Source: the human T2T-CHM13v2.0 reference genome, Homo sapiens
Strand: one strand, 5' to 3'
Length of the DNA: 64,000 bases
Assembly: GCF_009914755.1 (NCBI RefSeq)
Contig: NC_060928.1
Position numbers and translations under genes: made by a program. This document shows, in pieces, positions 18,165 through 32,239 of this stretch; the stretch's first letter is position 1; every line of letters begins with the position of its first letter. The notes beneath the pieces were generated by a model that saw nothing but the letters and a program-made list of their open reading frames with translations, had not been told where the DNA came from and ran no database searches.

Positions 18165-20782
18165 CTACAACCAACTGATCACCAACACAGTTGACAAGAA
18201 TAAACAATGGAAAAATAAATGGTACTGGGAAAACTGTCTAACCATATGCAGAAGAATGAAACTGGATCCCTACCTCTCATTATATACAACAATTAACTCA
18301 AGATGAATTAAAGACTTAAATGTAAGACCTCAAACTACAAAAATACTGGAAGAAAACCTAGGAAATACTCTTCTAGACACTGGCCTAGGCAAAGAATTTA
18401 TAACTAAGACCTCAAAAGCAAGTGCAACAAATAAAAAATTGACAGGACCTAATTTAACTAAAGAGCTTCTGCATAGCAAAATAAACTATCAATGGAATAA
18501 ACAGACCACCTATGGAATGGGAGAAAATATTAGCAAAATATGCATCCAACAAATGACTAATATACAGAATATATAGGGAACTTACAAAAAATCAAAAAGA
18601 AAAAACAACCCCTCTAAAAAGTCGGCAAAGGACATAAACAGACACTTCTCAAAAGAAGATATACAAGTAGACAACAAATAAATGAAAAAATGCTCAACAT
18701 CATTAATCATCAGAGCTACAAATGAAAACCATAATGAGATACCATATCACACTAGTCAGAATGTCTGTTACTAAAAAGTAAAAAAATAACTGATGGCAAA
18801 GTTGTGGAGAAAAGGGAATGTTTATACATTGTTGGTGGGAATGCAAGTTATTTTGGTGTCTGTGAAAAGCAGTTTAGAGATTTACCATTCATCCCAATAA
18901 CCCCGTTACTATATTGAACCCAACAATCCCATTACTGGATATATACTGAAAGGAAAATAAGTCATCCTACCAAAAAGACATCTGCACTTGTATGTTTATG
19001 ACAGCACTATTTATAACAGCAAAGACAGAATTAACCCAGGTGCCCATCAACAGTGGACTGGATAAAGAAAATATGGTACATATGCCCCATGGAATACTAT
19101 GCAGCCATAAAAATGAATGAAATCTTGTCCTTTGTAACAACATGGATGCAGCTGGAGGTCATTATCCTAGGTGAGTTAATGCAAAAACAGAAAATCAAAT
19201 ACCACATGTTCTCACTTATAAATGGGAGCTAAACATTGGGTTCTCATGGAGACAAAGATGGAAACAATAAACACTGGCTATTCTAAAAGGGTGAAAGGGG
19301 ACAAGGAAATAAGAGTTGAGAAACTACCTATCAGGTGCTTTGTTCACTACTAGGCTGATGGGATTACTAGAAGCCAAAACTTCAGCATCATGCAATATAC
19401 TCATAAAGCAAATCTGCACATGTACCTCCAAATCTAAAATTAAATTAAAAATAAGAAAAAGAATTGTGATAATATATACCCAAAGCATAATACTGAAAAC
19501 AATCCAATCTGTATTTTATCAGTGACTTGTTCTAAACTTATAACTGTAAACATTTGTATGAATAAAACTGATTAAAGTAAAAAAAAAATTTAAAAAAATA
19601 CTGTTGCCTTTCTTGTACCAGACTCTTTACAGATGAAAGGCCTAGGTGTGATTAAAAAATGTTTTTTTTAAAAAAGGTAAAGTTATAGCTACTGGAATGA
19701 GACACATCAATTTTGTGGCAGTGAAGGGAAAACAATGACTTTGGCATGGGAAAGAAATTACTCAGACCACAGAAAATACTGGAAAGGGAAGGATATTAAT
19801 CATCTTTTTTCTTTTGGAATCAGCCCTATAGCCTTTCTCATGAATGAGAAATGACTTGGGTGGCTTTTCCAAACTGTTGCAATTAAATTTAGCATACTGG
19901 TGAATCTTCTGTCCTCTGCTAGACAGCTTTGAGTACAATTTGACAATCATTCCCCTTAATATTACTAAGAAATTTATTGGAAATAACAGAGGATGGCCCA
20001 AGCTCCTGCATCTTCCATGCAAAACATCCGTCACCACCTCCAGATGTCTGTATCAGCTCCACTCCTGGAGCTGCTGCTTGTTCCATGGAGCACACAAATC
20101 CCACCCAGCTATGGTATAAGGCAAGACAACTGCTTGGACTTACTTCCCTCACTCACTGTCTCCAAAACCAAAGGACTCAACTCAGTTTTTGAACTGAACT
20201 GGGAACCCTAAGATCCATCATGTGGATATGAGAACAATTTGGAAGCACCATTAACATGTGCTACCCCAACTGAGGGCTCAATTATTGCAAACAACCTTTT
20301 CTTTGTAGAGTCACCATATGTGTCTCTGGGACTGAACATTTTGTGTGGATTCTAGGCATTCATTTGCTTCCCTCCTGAAAACACAGCTACTTGTTCCTCT
20401 GAGGCAGTCATCTGAGACTATCTAGATTTTAAGGAATACCATCAGTAGATCACATAGTTATCAGATGACATGGAGTTCTTTCCAATATGAAGCTGCTGTT
20501 GCTTACTCTGGGGAGCTTCCTGGATGAATCACTGAGTCATTAATTACATGGCCCCTGTTGGCAGTCATCCCTGTGATACAAATCATTCATTTAGGAAAGC
20601 ATTGTGAGAAATTTGTCCCTAACTTTAGCTAAAGCCCTGGAAGCCATGCAGTTTAGCCTCCTCTCACTGTCCAGGATTGTTACAGATGATAGAATTATCC
20701 TTACATGCCATTGTGGACTCTACAGTCACCAAGTGGAAAGGCCAATACAGAAAGTTAAACAGAAAGCCACCTCATTTTCTAT

Positions 20783-21347
20783 TTTGGGATGAATTATGTT
20801 TCCCTAAAATCCATATGTTGAAGTCCTAACCCCTAGTACCTCAGGATGTAACTGTATTTGGAGATGAGGTCTCTAAAGAGGTTAAATAAGATCATTATGG
20901 TGCACCTTAAGGCAATATGACTGTGGTCTGTATAAATCAAGGAGATCAGGACACAAACACATGCAGAAGAAAGACCATGTGAAGACAGCCATCTGTAAGC
21001 TAAGGAGAAAAGTTCTCAGAAGAAACTAACCATTTTGACACTTTGATCTTGAACTTAAGTTAAAATGATGTTATTAGTGTGTGGTCCTGATCCTGTATGA
21101 CTGGTGTCCTTATAAGAAGAAGAAGAAACACAAAGGCTTCATGAACATAGAGGAAAGACTATGTGAAGATACAGTAAGAAAACAGCCATCTTCGAGAAAA
21201 GAAGTGAGGCCCCAGGAGAAACAAAACCTGCTGACACTTTGATCTTCAACTTTCAGCCTCCAGAACTGTGAGAAAAATATATTCCTCTTGTTGAAGCCAA
21301 CCTAATATGTGGTTACTTTGTTATGGCAGCCCTAGCAGTCTAAAACA
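20783..21347 (+). mobile_element. MLT1A1-like MaLR LTR
   Basis: gaattatgtttccctaaaatccatatgttgaagtcctaacc...gttatggcagccctagca, with the internal segment duplicated. Confidence 0.85.
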
Positions 21348-21613
21348 CTTTCTAAGGTAGACCTTAAGCATTTGTGACATCTGTGAAGCTATTTGAGTCC
21401 AGAACTCTAGGGGCCTGGTTGAGGTCAGTACTGCTAGTTGCTCTCATCCTGTGATAGCAGTGTTAATTAAATGTTGCATGGGACAAATGGAATGGATTTG
21501 GTTTGAGGCTTTGTGAGTCAAATTAATCAAAGTGGCTGATGGAATTGGGAAATGGTGTACTCATGAAAAAATTCACCAGAAGTTAAGATGATGTAAAAGT
21601 GAGGAGTGAATTT

Positions 21614-21910
21614 TGTTGGGACACAATAAGGTTGCCTCATGTTTTTTAGCATCTTGTGAGCAGAGGCACTGACTGACTATTCTGAATTATCTTTACACAG
21701 ATGTTTGTATAGGAACAGCCTTGGGAGATAGAAAGATTATTTCCATTTGGAGTAAAGGGCCGGCATGCTTATTGTTCATAATACAAGATTTGAGTTCCCT
21801 AAGCTCAGGGTCTCTCTCCTGTATTGTAACTCATGTTGCATGTAGATGTTATTCAGCAATTGTGTGGCAGTCTGGCAAGTGGAACTCCAGGAACTATGAC
21901 AAAATGTGTC
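21614..21910 (+). mobile_element. ERVL LTR (MER76-like), putative 3' LTR, partial
   Basis: tgttgggac...gagcagaggcactgactg...gccttgggagatagaa...gttccctaagctcaggg; same family as 7214-7564; purine-rich tract upstream. Confidence 0.65.
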
Positions 21911-22008
21911 ACAATTTCTTATTGAAAAGAAAAATAGGAAATAACTGAAATCTATTTCAAATAACCCATTGATCAGCTGGGGGCCACACTCTTTTTTAAA
22001 TATCTGAG

Positions 22009-22373
22009 TGTATTAGACTCTTTTTACACTGCTATAAAGAACACCTGAGACTGCGTAATTTATAAAATAAGAAGGGGTTTATAATTCACTCACGGTTCTG
22101 CATGGCTGAGGAGGCCTTAGGAAACTTACCATCATGGCGGAAGGGGAAGCGAGGAACCTTCTTCACAAAACAGCAGGAGAGAGAGAGAGCGTGTAGGGGG
22201 AAGAGCCCCTTATAAAACCATTAGATCTTGTGAAAACTCACTCACTGTCATAAGAACAGCATGAGGGAATTGCCCCTATGATCTAATCACCTCCCACCAG
22301 GTCCTTCCCTCAACACATGGAGATTATAATTCGAGATGAGATTTGGGTGGGGACACAAAGCCAAACCATATCA
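22009..22373 (-). mobile_element. THE1D/MSTA-type solo LTR
   Basis: tgtattag...ccaaaccatatca; 5-bp TSD ctgag. Confidence 0.92.
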
Positions 22374-24230
22374 CTGAGAAAATTTGTTATAAATATCCTT
22401 AATTCTACCTTGCCTTTCTGCATATTTCTAGATCAATTGACATGGATGCCTTGTGACTCCTACATAACTGGATTCATTCTCTGAATGTGTACCTTATTTG
22501 GATTGTGAAGCAGTTTTTCGGGAATAAACAAGTTCCCCAAACTCAAAAGGAAATGTACGCTTTACATACATGCAGTTTTTATATGTCAGTTAATACCTCA
22601 AAAAACTGTATAAGGAAAAGGAACACACATTATTTTGGATTTATGACTACCTTGTTGGACCACACATTGAAAAACCTACTCACATGTCCCTAGGTCTTCA
22701 ATAAAGTCGAATATATAAAAAATATTCTATATAAAGACATGCTTTTTCCATTTTATGTAATTTTTTGACTAAAGGATGGGATAAATATGACATATAGAAG
22801 AGCACAGCAGACTCAGAATGAATGAGGTCAGCTGGAGACCAGAAGGTCACACTTGACTTTGTTGTCATTTTTATAATACTGTGTATGTTATATCTACATG
22901 TGATTAAGAACCCCTAAATATATTGTTATTATTTTTACTTTGAGTATTCGATTACCTTTTTAGAAAAGACTAAAAAGAAATGAAAAGTATTTTATATTTG
23001 CCCACATTTTTACCATTTCTAGTGGTCTGTATTCCTCTCTATAGATTCAGATTTTTATCTGTTATCATCCTCTTTTTGCATGAAGGCCTCATACATGTAT
23101 GTGTAAAATGTTGCAGTGAATGTCTACTGTTAAGCTTTTGTATATCTGGGAAAGTCTTTATTTCATCATTTTTGAAAATTATTTTCACTAAGTAGAGAAT
23201 TCTAGTTACCTTAAAAAAAACCTTTCAGTTCTTTAAAGATATTGCTCTACTGTTTTCTGGCTTGCCTTGTTCTGACATGAAATCTTTGGTTATTTGTTCC
23301 TCTGTAAATCTCATATATATATTTTTCCCTCTGGCTGCCCTTTGAGATTTCATTTTAGATGTTTATAAGCAATTTGATTTTGATATGCCTTAGGGTAGTT
23401 TCTTTAAATTTTGTACTTGAGATGTATTGGGCTTCTCAAGATCTATGGATTTATTGCTTTTATTTAATTTCAAAAATTTTAGGCCATTACCTCTTCATAT
23501 ATATATATTTCGTTCTATCTCCACCTTCCCTGCCTTCTTTTGGGGACTTAAATTACATGTAAATTAGGCTACTTGATGTTATCCTGCAGCTTACTGGCTC
23601 TGAATTTTTTCTTCAGTCCTTTTTTCTCTCTGTTTTTCATTTTGGATTATTCATATTGCTATTTTTTTAAGTTCACTAATTATTTCTTCTGTGGTGTCTG
23701 ATCTGCAGTTCACCCAATGCAGTGTATTTTTCTTTTAGATATTATCTTTCTTTCTTTATAAGTTTGATTTTTGTATTTTTAGAAAAACATCTTCTCATAT
23801 CTCTACTCAGTATATTCTGGCTTTACTTTTTCTCTACGGAAAAGCTTCAAAAACTGTTTTAATGTCCTAATCTATCATCTAGGTATTGTCTCTGTTTTTT
23901 TTTGAGTGTGCATCTATTGACAGATTTTTTTTTTCCTCATTAAGTGTTGTATTTTACTGATTCTTTGCATAGCTGGTAATTTTCAGCTGGATGGCAGACA
24001 CTGAGAATTTTACCTTGTTGGATGTTTTGAGCTTTGATCTGGGATGTAGCTAAGTTACATAAAAACAGTTTGATCATTTTGAGGCTTGTTTTCCTCCTCC
24101 TCCTTCTCCTCCTCCTTTTCTTCTTTAAGGTGGGACATGGAACAACCTTTAGTCTAAAGCTAATTTTACTGCACCATTTAGGTGATCTACCTGACACCCT
24201 GTGAATTACAAGTTTTTTCCAATCTGACTA

Positions 24231-24535
24231 CAGACAGTCCCTGACTTACCATCGTTCAGCTTTACAACGGTGTGAAACTGGCACAACTCCAATGTAATGT
24301 ACAGTACTCAATAAATTACATAAAATATTCAAAACTTCATTATAAAATAGGCTTTGTGTTAGATGATTTGCTCAACTGTAAGCCAATGTAAGTGTTTTGA
24401 GCACATGTAAGGTAGGCTAGGCTAAGCTATAATGTTTGATAGGTTAGGTATATTAAATGCATTTCTACTTAAAATATTTTCCAGCTTGCAGTTGGTTTAT
24501 CAGACATTACCCCATTGTAAATCAAGGAGAATTTG
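24231..24535 (-). mobile_element. MER47A (Tigger-type DNA transposon)
   Basis: TA TSDs, cag termini, taaggtaggctaggctaagctat core. Confidence 0.8.
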
Positions 24536-24909
24536 TAGTGAGAATATGAGAATATAATCATTCCCACACCTGTTTGAGGTCTAGGGATTGTTTCTTTTAG
24601 TGTTTCTTTGCCTGGCCTTGGGTGGTTTTCTTATGCAAATATGCTCATCAGAGAGTCATTGGAGCTCTCTCTCTGTGCAGCTCTCTCTTCTTCTGTCCTC
24701 TGCCTTTTAAATGTTGGCTTGGCTTTTCTGGTCTTCCAACTTTGTCTCTTCCTCCTAGGGTTACCTTTGGGATCTACCAAGATTCCTCCTGCCTAGGCTG
24801 CCACACTCTCTGGAGGTAATAGCTAGGGTAATTACAGGAATGATTTCAGTCACTTCTTTTTTAGGAATCACTGTTCTGCACTGCCTTTTTGTTGTAAAAA
24901 TATTTTGTC

Positions 24910-25210
<301 letters not shown>

Positions 25211-26112
25211 TTAGTTGTTGCTGGCAGGAGGAGGGTAAATCTGGTTCCTATTAATCTATCTTGGCCACAGGAAGTAATGAAACCACTTAAAAACTTGTAT
25301 TACACATTTTTTGTTCTTCAAAAGTTGCTTTCTGGCTCTCTTGCCACTGAAGGTCCTTTGCCCTCCGCCACCTCCCTCAGTGCAGCCCGTTTCTGCTCTT
25401 GTCTTTCTTTCCAAAGCCCTTTCCTTTAGCTTTGACACAGCAATTGCTCCTTTTCTCTAAATCTTCCATTCTAGCTGGTTTTCAAAGTTCCTGCTCTACT
25501 CCTGCCAACAGGTAGTTTCCAAAGATAGCTCTTATTTCTAAGAATTATTGGGATTACTTTTTAAAAATGTCCAATTCATAAGCCTTAAACATTTAACCAC
25601 CTTCCCATTCTCCCTCCCATTCTCCCTTGCTTTTTTAAAAATTGTAGGAGTAGGAGATAGAGATGCATTTAAACAGATGGAGGAGCCCAAGAATGAAGGT
25701 ACAGTGGAGTTGCTTGTCCATGTTCCTGTTTAAATTGAACCTCTTCATGAATGCATAAATACCATCTCTATTTTGTGTTAAAAAGACCTTTTCCCTACAA
25801 TTATCTATTTTCTTTTCTCCAAGGGAACAGAAGCACGATATGCAATCTCTCAGCTTAAAAATGGCCCTCCCTTTTGCCACATGCTTTCTCAGGTTACTGC
25901 TTCATTTTGCTGCTCCTCTTTATATCAAAACTCCATGCCACAATACTACCACAAACTCACTCCCCCAAACTCACTGTCCCACTTCTCCTTCCATTGTCTC
26001 TTTGGCTTACCCTAATCACTCAAAAACAAAAACAAAAGGCAAAACCAACACACACACATAAAATAAAACCACAAATTAAATAAGCAACTGTTCTTTTTCA
26101 CCATCTTTCCCT

Positions 26113-26485
26113 CTGTTATGGGTTGAATTGTGCCTGTCAAAATTCACATGTCAAAGTCCTAACTCTCAGTACCTCAGAATGTGACTATATATTTGGAGAG
26201 TCTTTCAATGTATAATTAAATTAAAGACAGTTAAGAGGCTGGGCCCTAATTCAATCTGACTGATGTTTTTATAAGAATAGGAGATTTGGACCCAGACACA
26301 TACAGAGGAAGCACCATAGGAAAATGGCTATCTACAAGCCCAGGAGAGAGGCCCCCGAAGAAACCAATACTGCTGACACATTGAACTCAAGATTGTAGCC
26401 TAAGGAATTGTGAGAAAACAAATTTCTGTTGGTTAAGCCACCCAGTTTATGGTACTTTGTTATGGCAGCCTTAGCAATGAATACT
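26113..26485 (+). mobile_element. MLT1A/B MaLR LTR
   Basis: tgttatgggttgaattgtg...tttgttatggcagccttagca. Confidence 0.88.
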
Positions 26486-26732
26486 TTCACCCTCACACTG
26501 CTCAAATGACACTGCCTTCTGTGAACATACCAACCACATTTCTGCCCAGGTCCTTACTATTCCCTTTTGTTGGAATGTTCTGCTTTCAGATACCCACATA
26601 ACTTGGTAATTTTATTCAGGTTCCTTCTTGAGTGTCGCCTGTCAGAGAGGACTCCCTTAACCCTCACACCACAAACACTCTTTGTGTCTTTGTATTTTCT
26701 CTCCCTTTTAATTTTCTCCTACCACTTATCAC

Positions 26733-26733
26733 A

Positions 26734-26762
<29 letters not shown>
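26733..26762. repeat. (CA)n microsatellite
   Basis: About 15 AC units. Confidence 0.95.
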
Positions 26763-26765
<3 letters not shown>

Positions 26766-27303
26766 AAGTGTGTGTTATTTGGTTCTACTCTTTTATGACT
26801 TGGAGGAATTATTAATGACATCAGTGTCTCTGGTCAAAAAAAGAGGGAACACATGAAAAGAATAAAGCAGGCAAGAGAAATAGTTAGATTCTAAACTCAC
26901 TCTGTTAGTTTGTTTCTTCAATCATTATGCCCCTTATCCAATCTCATCTACAATAAATTCAGAAAATCACAGTTTTCATAAAGAAACTCATAGGAGCAGG
27001 TGATTTATGAATGTGAATTAGATTAAAAAATGTTTAATACTTCTGAGGAAATGACCAAACCATTAGATGGTTATTAATATTACTATAGTTCAAACTTACA
27101 TTAATGACCAATTTTTAGAACCTTAAAATCTCAGATTCCATGTTCTTTCAACCCAACAAAGTCATGTAGTTTAAAATCATTCATCTTAAATTACTTTAAA
27201 CCATATTCAATAAGAATATGTGTTTAATAGCACTGAAATTGCTCATTTAGAGTTTATTAATCCCCCTCTTCTTTTTATAATTGCTCATTTAAAAACTCTT
27301 CAT

Positions 27304-27567
27304 GTAACAGAAAACCAACCACTGCAGATTCTCACTCATAGGTGAGTTGAACAACAAGAACTCATGGACACAGAGCGGGGAACATCACACACTGGGGCCT
27401 TTCAGGGTGTGGGCAGCTGGAGAAAGGATAGCATTAGGAGAAATACCTAATGTAAATGATGAATTGATGGGTGCAGCAAACCAACATGGCACATGTGTAC
27501 CTATGTAACAAACCTGCACGTTGTGCACATGTACCCTAGAACTTAAAGTATAATAATAATAATAATA
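27304..27567 (+). mobile_element. Short L1PA 3' end
   Basis: L1 3' UTR ending cttaaagtataataat; TSD aactcttcat. Confidence 0.92.
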
Positions 27568-28294
27568 ACTCTTCATATAAACTCCAGAGTCAATAAAGAC
27601 TCTTTAGGGGCAATGCAACAGTACCTTGCCCAGAGTTGACAGGCAAAGAGACACAATCTTATCAAACTTAGTATGTGTGGAGCACTTTACACAGGCTCTC
27701 ACCCTTAATCTTCATGAAAACAGGTAAAATAAATATGACCACCCCTATTTTACTGATAAGAAATGGATATTAATTGGATTTACTGAGTTGCACAGAGTCA
27801 CACAGCTAGAAAAGACAAGCCCTATTTTTCTATACAGAATTCATAAACAAGTAATGCTTTTATTTTGCAATGGGTGCTATAAAAATATTTTTCTAAGGGT
27901 ACAAAGTTTCAGTTGAAGAAATATGTTTTTTGAGATCTATGACACAGCATGGTGACTATAGCTAATAATCATGTATACTTCAAAATTGCTTAGAACAAAT
28001 TTCAAATGGTTTTAACATGCAAAATAATTATTCTTAAAAAGCAGCTTTTGTTCATGGCCATCTACACTTTATTTTTTCAGAAATAATGGTGAAAAACAAA
28101 TCTGCATATAATAATTATTTTAAATTAGCTGTGTTTCTTTTCCCACTAAATTACAACTCAAACATTTTTGTTAAACACACTGAACCAAGAACAAAGCATA
28201 ATTAATGAAATAACAGAAAAAGGAATTTTTAAATGTAAAATAACATATTAGAGTTGATAAGAAAAGGCTTATTAGACTAAATGGAGATTCTGAT

Positions 28295-28605
28295 AATTCA
28301 CTTATTAAATAATTTATTTGAACTTAAAGCTTTTGGATACATCTTCTGCAATGTCCCTTGGAGATCATCTAATTTTTCAATACTTGACATTTGAGAGTTG
28401 CAGTTTGCTGCAGATAGTCATGTTGTCATTTAACCACTTTCACACATCTTACTGTGTTCTCTTCTCTATAACCCTCTCACAGGGCTCTTCCCCAGCAATT
28501 GTCTGTTATCCTGGAGCTCACAGCAAGCTCAACAGCTCCCTGAGGTCATCTTCAATCATTAAGCAGGGCTTGCAATGTTATCTTTTTGTTGTCTTATAAA
28601 TGAAA
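28295..28605 (-). pseudogene. Probable terminal pseudo-exon (SFIYKTTKR*...) with AATAAA at 28313-28318
   Basis: Strong acceptor tttttttcttatag; phase 2 matches the upstream exon; first TAA at 28578-28580; 3' end approximate. Confidence 0.65.
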
Positions 28606-29549
28606 CTATAAGAAAAAAAAACTCCTTTGTAAAAAATACATTCCCTTTTCTGCAGTGGTCTGAATTCTACAGAGTATCACTCAATTTTGTCATAAACCAC
28701 TTGTTTCATATTGTACTATGTAATATTTTATTCATATTATATAATCCTCTGGAGTGCACTTATTTTCAAAATACTGTTTGTATTCCTTTAGGTGTCTCCC
28801 TCCAGTTTTTATTTTTTTGTCTGTCTCCAGGGCTCTGCATATATTTTCACCTTTCACTAGTAGTTAATTTCAAAATGCAATTAAAAAGAATTCCATTGAG
28901 AATAGCAGGCAATAACTGGCTTCTCTGTGTTCAATCCTTATTAAAGAGCAGGAAAGATGCTTTTTAACTAAGAATGTTTAGAATAGAGGACAAAGAGAAT
29001 CTTTGGGTACATTATTGAATATTTTGGCATTAATATAGTATGGTATATTAATGGATAATTAAATAAATTTTGCCTCTGCATTTGTCTTTTAGGTTATTTT
29101 TAGAAATAATTATTAATGCAATATAAAGGAAAATTTTGATCCCTGGGTTCTTTAAAAATAAAAACATACATCATATTTTGTGTTCTCCTAGTTAACAAAC
29201 TACTAGATTATTTTACTGTGTGTTTAAACCTGAGCATTGAGTGGTGTACGTAGAACCTGGCTCCATTAGATTAAGTATCCTGTACACCAACGGATTCAGG
29301 AGGGTTTGACAAAAAATGCAGGACACTTCCTTAAAGCACTCCACAAACTATGCATGAGAGTTATTTCTGCAACTTCAGAATGTTTATGGCATAGTCCAGA
29401 GTAATACCAACATTTCAATTTTATAAGAGCAAATTATCCTGGTGAGGCATGATGCAGGAAATTTTTGAAAAGGATGGAAGTCTTTATGAGCATGTAAAAT
29501 AACATTCCCATAAAGTTGCTGGTGGCCTTATTGACAATAAAAGGGAAAC

Positions 29550-29645
29550 CTAATGCCAGATGAATCCTGACTCTTAACAGGTGAACGGACATCGTGTAGA
29601 GATGGTAGATAGTCATTGTCAACCAAAATTTTCTGCTCGATGATT
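29550..29645 (-). pseudogene. Pseudo-exon (IIEQKILVDNDYLPSLHDVRSPVKSQDSSGI)
   Basis: Acceptor aattttcaccacag and donor TAG|gtttcc; 96 nt, phase 2-2, open. Confidence 0.7.
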
Positions 29646-30565
29646 CTGTGGTGAAAATTTTACCATATTTATGGCCTGGAATATGAGGTATTATTTGTAA
29701 ACTTCAGTCCAGCAATAATAGTCACAGACTTTCGTAAATATAATCTTTAATACTGACAGTGTACAAGTTTTTAAAGTTTTTTTACCAAGTATTTTATGGT
29801 AATTATACTTCTAACAATTATTATTTTAACTGTAGCAACTGATTTCTGCACTATCACTTTAGTGTCGGGTAGAGATGGTAACTCTGCATCAATTCATTCG
29901 CCCAATACTTCAGTTTTATATTCTCTCCCCACACTCTCTTTTTAATGTTCATTCAACATTGAATGTACACTGTGGGTCAAGAATAATGATTCCACATATA
30001 TTATGTTATTAAATAGCTTCAATTTTCACAACAATAACTAATCCTCATAAAGTTATCAGAAGCAAACAAATCATCAAGGGTGACATTAAAACAAGAAGGA
30101 AGACAGCACATACATTTTAAATAAACAAACTTGGATTGTGAACATGAAGGGAGCTTTGCATTTCCATAAAGAAAAAAAGAAGACAATATTTTTACAGAAA
30201 GAAAAGCAGGAACTAATAATTCTTAGCATTTAAAAATTCTAATCACATTGCTCTATCTATGATTTTAAAACTATAAAGCAAGAATCTGTTAAAGTTACTA
30301 CAGGATCTGTCTGATTAAAAATTGACACAGGCCATAGGCATTTAATGGCTGGCAACCACACTACTCTTAATTTTGTTTCTCCCTGAAGAATGTATGAGGA
30401 GGAAACCTTGTTGAATGAAATCTAGGCCAAGCAAACATATGGCAGTGGGATTTCTTTTGGATGAGGTAATTTTAAACTGAGATTTCTTGGAGAAGAATTT
30501 TTTCCCTGCAGACTTTTATAACAGTATCCTTTAAATCTGGTCATGACAAACTGGAGAAAATTATC

Positions 30566-30655
30566 CTGTAAAACTTGAGAATATGCTCAATTCTGTTCTC
30601 TGAAATCAATTCTGGGAAGATATCCATATCATTTTGGAATAGCAAACAGATTTGT
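30566..30655 (-). pseudogene. Pseudo-exon (QICLLFQNDMDIFPELISENRIEHILKFYR)
   Basis: Acceptor ttttttcctggcaaaattccaccag; open, phase 2-2. Donor is either degenerate AG|gataat at 30565 or AA|gtttta at 30574; both preserve frame. Confidence 0.55.
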
Positions 30656-31179
30656 CTGGTGGAATTTTGCCAGGAAAAAAAAGTAATGTAGACATGTTGT
30701 GCTTTATTGTAGAAACACAAAGCATTCCTCTCTGCTAATGATTTATGAACAGGAAAATGAGGCATCTTTGCAATTATCACCTTCCCTTTATGCTGAAATA
30801 TTCTGTTTACATCACTGCATACGTGTTCACATCACTTCAAATGTTGTCACTGTATATTACTAGGCATATGGTTATAATCCTATTTGAAAAAACAAAACAG
30901 CAATATATCACATAGCAATAAGCATTTTAGCTATTACTTCAATCTAGCCCAAATCCCACATTAATATTAGTTTGATAATATGAATAGGTTAAATTTCATT
31001 AAACAAACAAGACTGTTACAATTGCTTAATTCTCTATTTAATACTTAGACATTGTTATTACAATAGGTAACATTAGCAATAACAATGACCAGACAATGAC
31101 CCCTTTCAAGAAGACAGCCATTGTGTTCACTTTACATTATTAAATATAAAATTGCTTCCATTGTGTTATTTATTCTTTA

Positions 31180-31300
31180 AAGTAGTCCCTTAATGTATGC
31201 ATTATACCATTTTACATATGAGTACACTGAAGTATAGAGAGGTTAAGCAATGTGCCCAAAGTCACACAGACAACAATCAGCAGAGCTAGGATTCAAGCTC
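31180..31300 (-). mobile_element. MIR SINE
   Basis: gagaggttaagcaatgtgcccaaagtcacacag. Confidence 0.7.
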
Positions 31301-31879
31301 AAACTTTAAATATGCTAAAGCAATAGGAGAAGGCTTGTTGAAGAAAGTGGTGTATGTTTTGCAAACTACTTAGTCATGATTCAATGGGAAGAATTTCTGA
31401 TATGTGGAATAATGGGACCAAAGAGCAACAATAGAGTGAAGATGTGCAGGACACAAATGTGTGTGGGCAGTCTGAAATGATAAAACATAAAGGGTGTAGA
31501 GAAATCTACATAACTCAAGCAATAAAAATATTGTCTTATAATAAAAATTAATTAGTATCAAACTGTAACACAGTTCCTTGGGAAAAAATATCTCTAAAGT
31601 TTTGAGGGAAATATATTACATGAGAAGATGACCAAGCTATTATTTATGTGTGAAGGCAATTGAAAGTCTTAGGAATATGAGGAATGAGAAAAAAATTACA
31701 GCTCCCATAATCATCCTGGAAAAAAAAAGCCTTGAAAAATTATGCCAATGGAGAAATAAATCGGAACACTCAAGATTGAAGAAGAGGAAGCATAATAAAA
31801 AGAAATGGGCAATAAACCCAGTGAAACTTAAAGTTATTGTCTAAAAGTTGTGGTTATTATTACTAAATAATGCAGCTGT

Positions 31880-32239
31880 TGATATGGTTTCGCTGTGTCC
31901 CCACCCAAATCTCATCTTGAATTGTAGCTCCCATAATCCTCAAGTGTTGTGGAAGGGACCTGGTGGGAGGTAACTGAATCATGGGAGCAGGTTTTTCCTG
32001 TGCTGTTCTTGTGATAGTAAGTCTCACAAGATCTGATGGTTTTATAAAGGGAAGTTCCCTTGTACACACTTTCTTGCCTGTCACCATGTAAGACATGACT
32101 TTGCTCCTCCTTTACCTTCCACCATGATTGTGAAGCATCCCCAGCCATGTGGTACTGTGAGTCTATTAAACCTCTTTTTCTTTATAAATTACCCAGTCTC
32201 AGGTATTTCTTGATGGTAGTGTGAAAATAGACTAATATA
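31880..32239 (+). mobile_element. THE1 (B/C) solo LTR
   Basis: tgatatggtttcgctgtgtccccacccaaatctc...gactaatata; TSD gctgt. Confidence 0.93.

Noticed and set aside
20880-21250. Internal duplication of about 190 bp in an MLT1 LTR
   Set aside because: Matches the duplicated structure recalled for the MLT1A1 consensus, so not locus-specific
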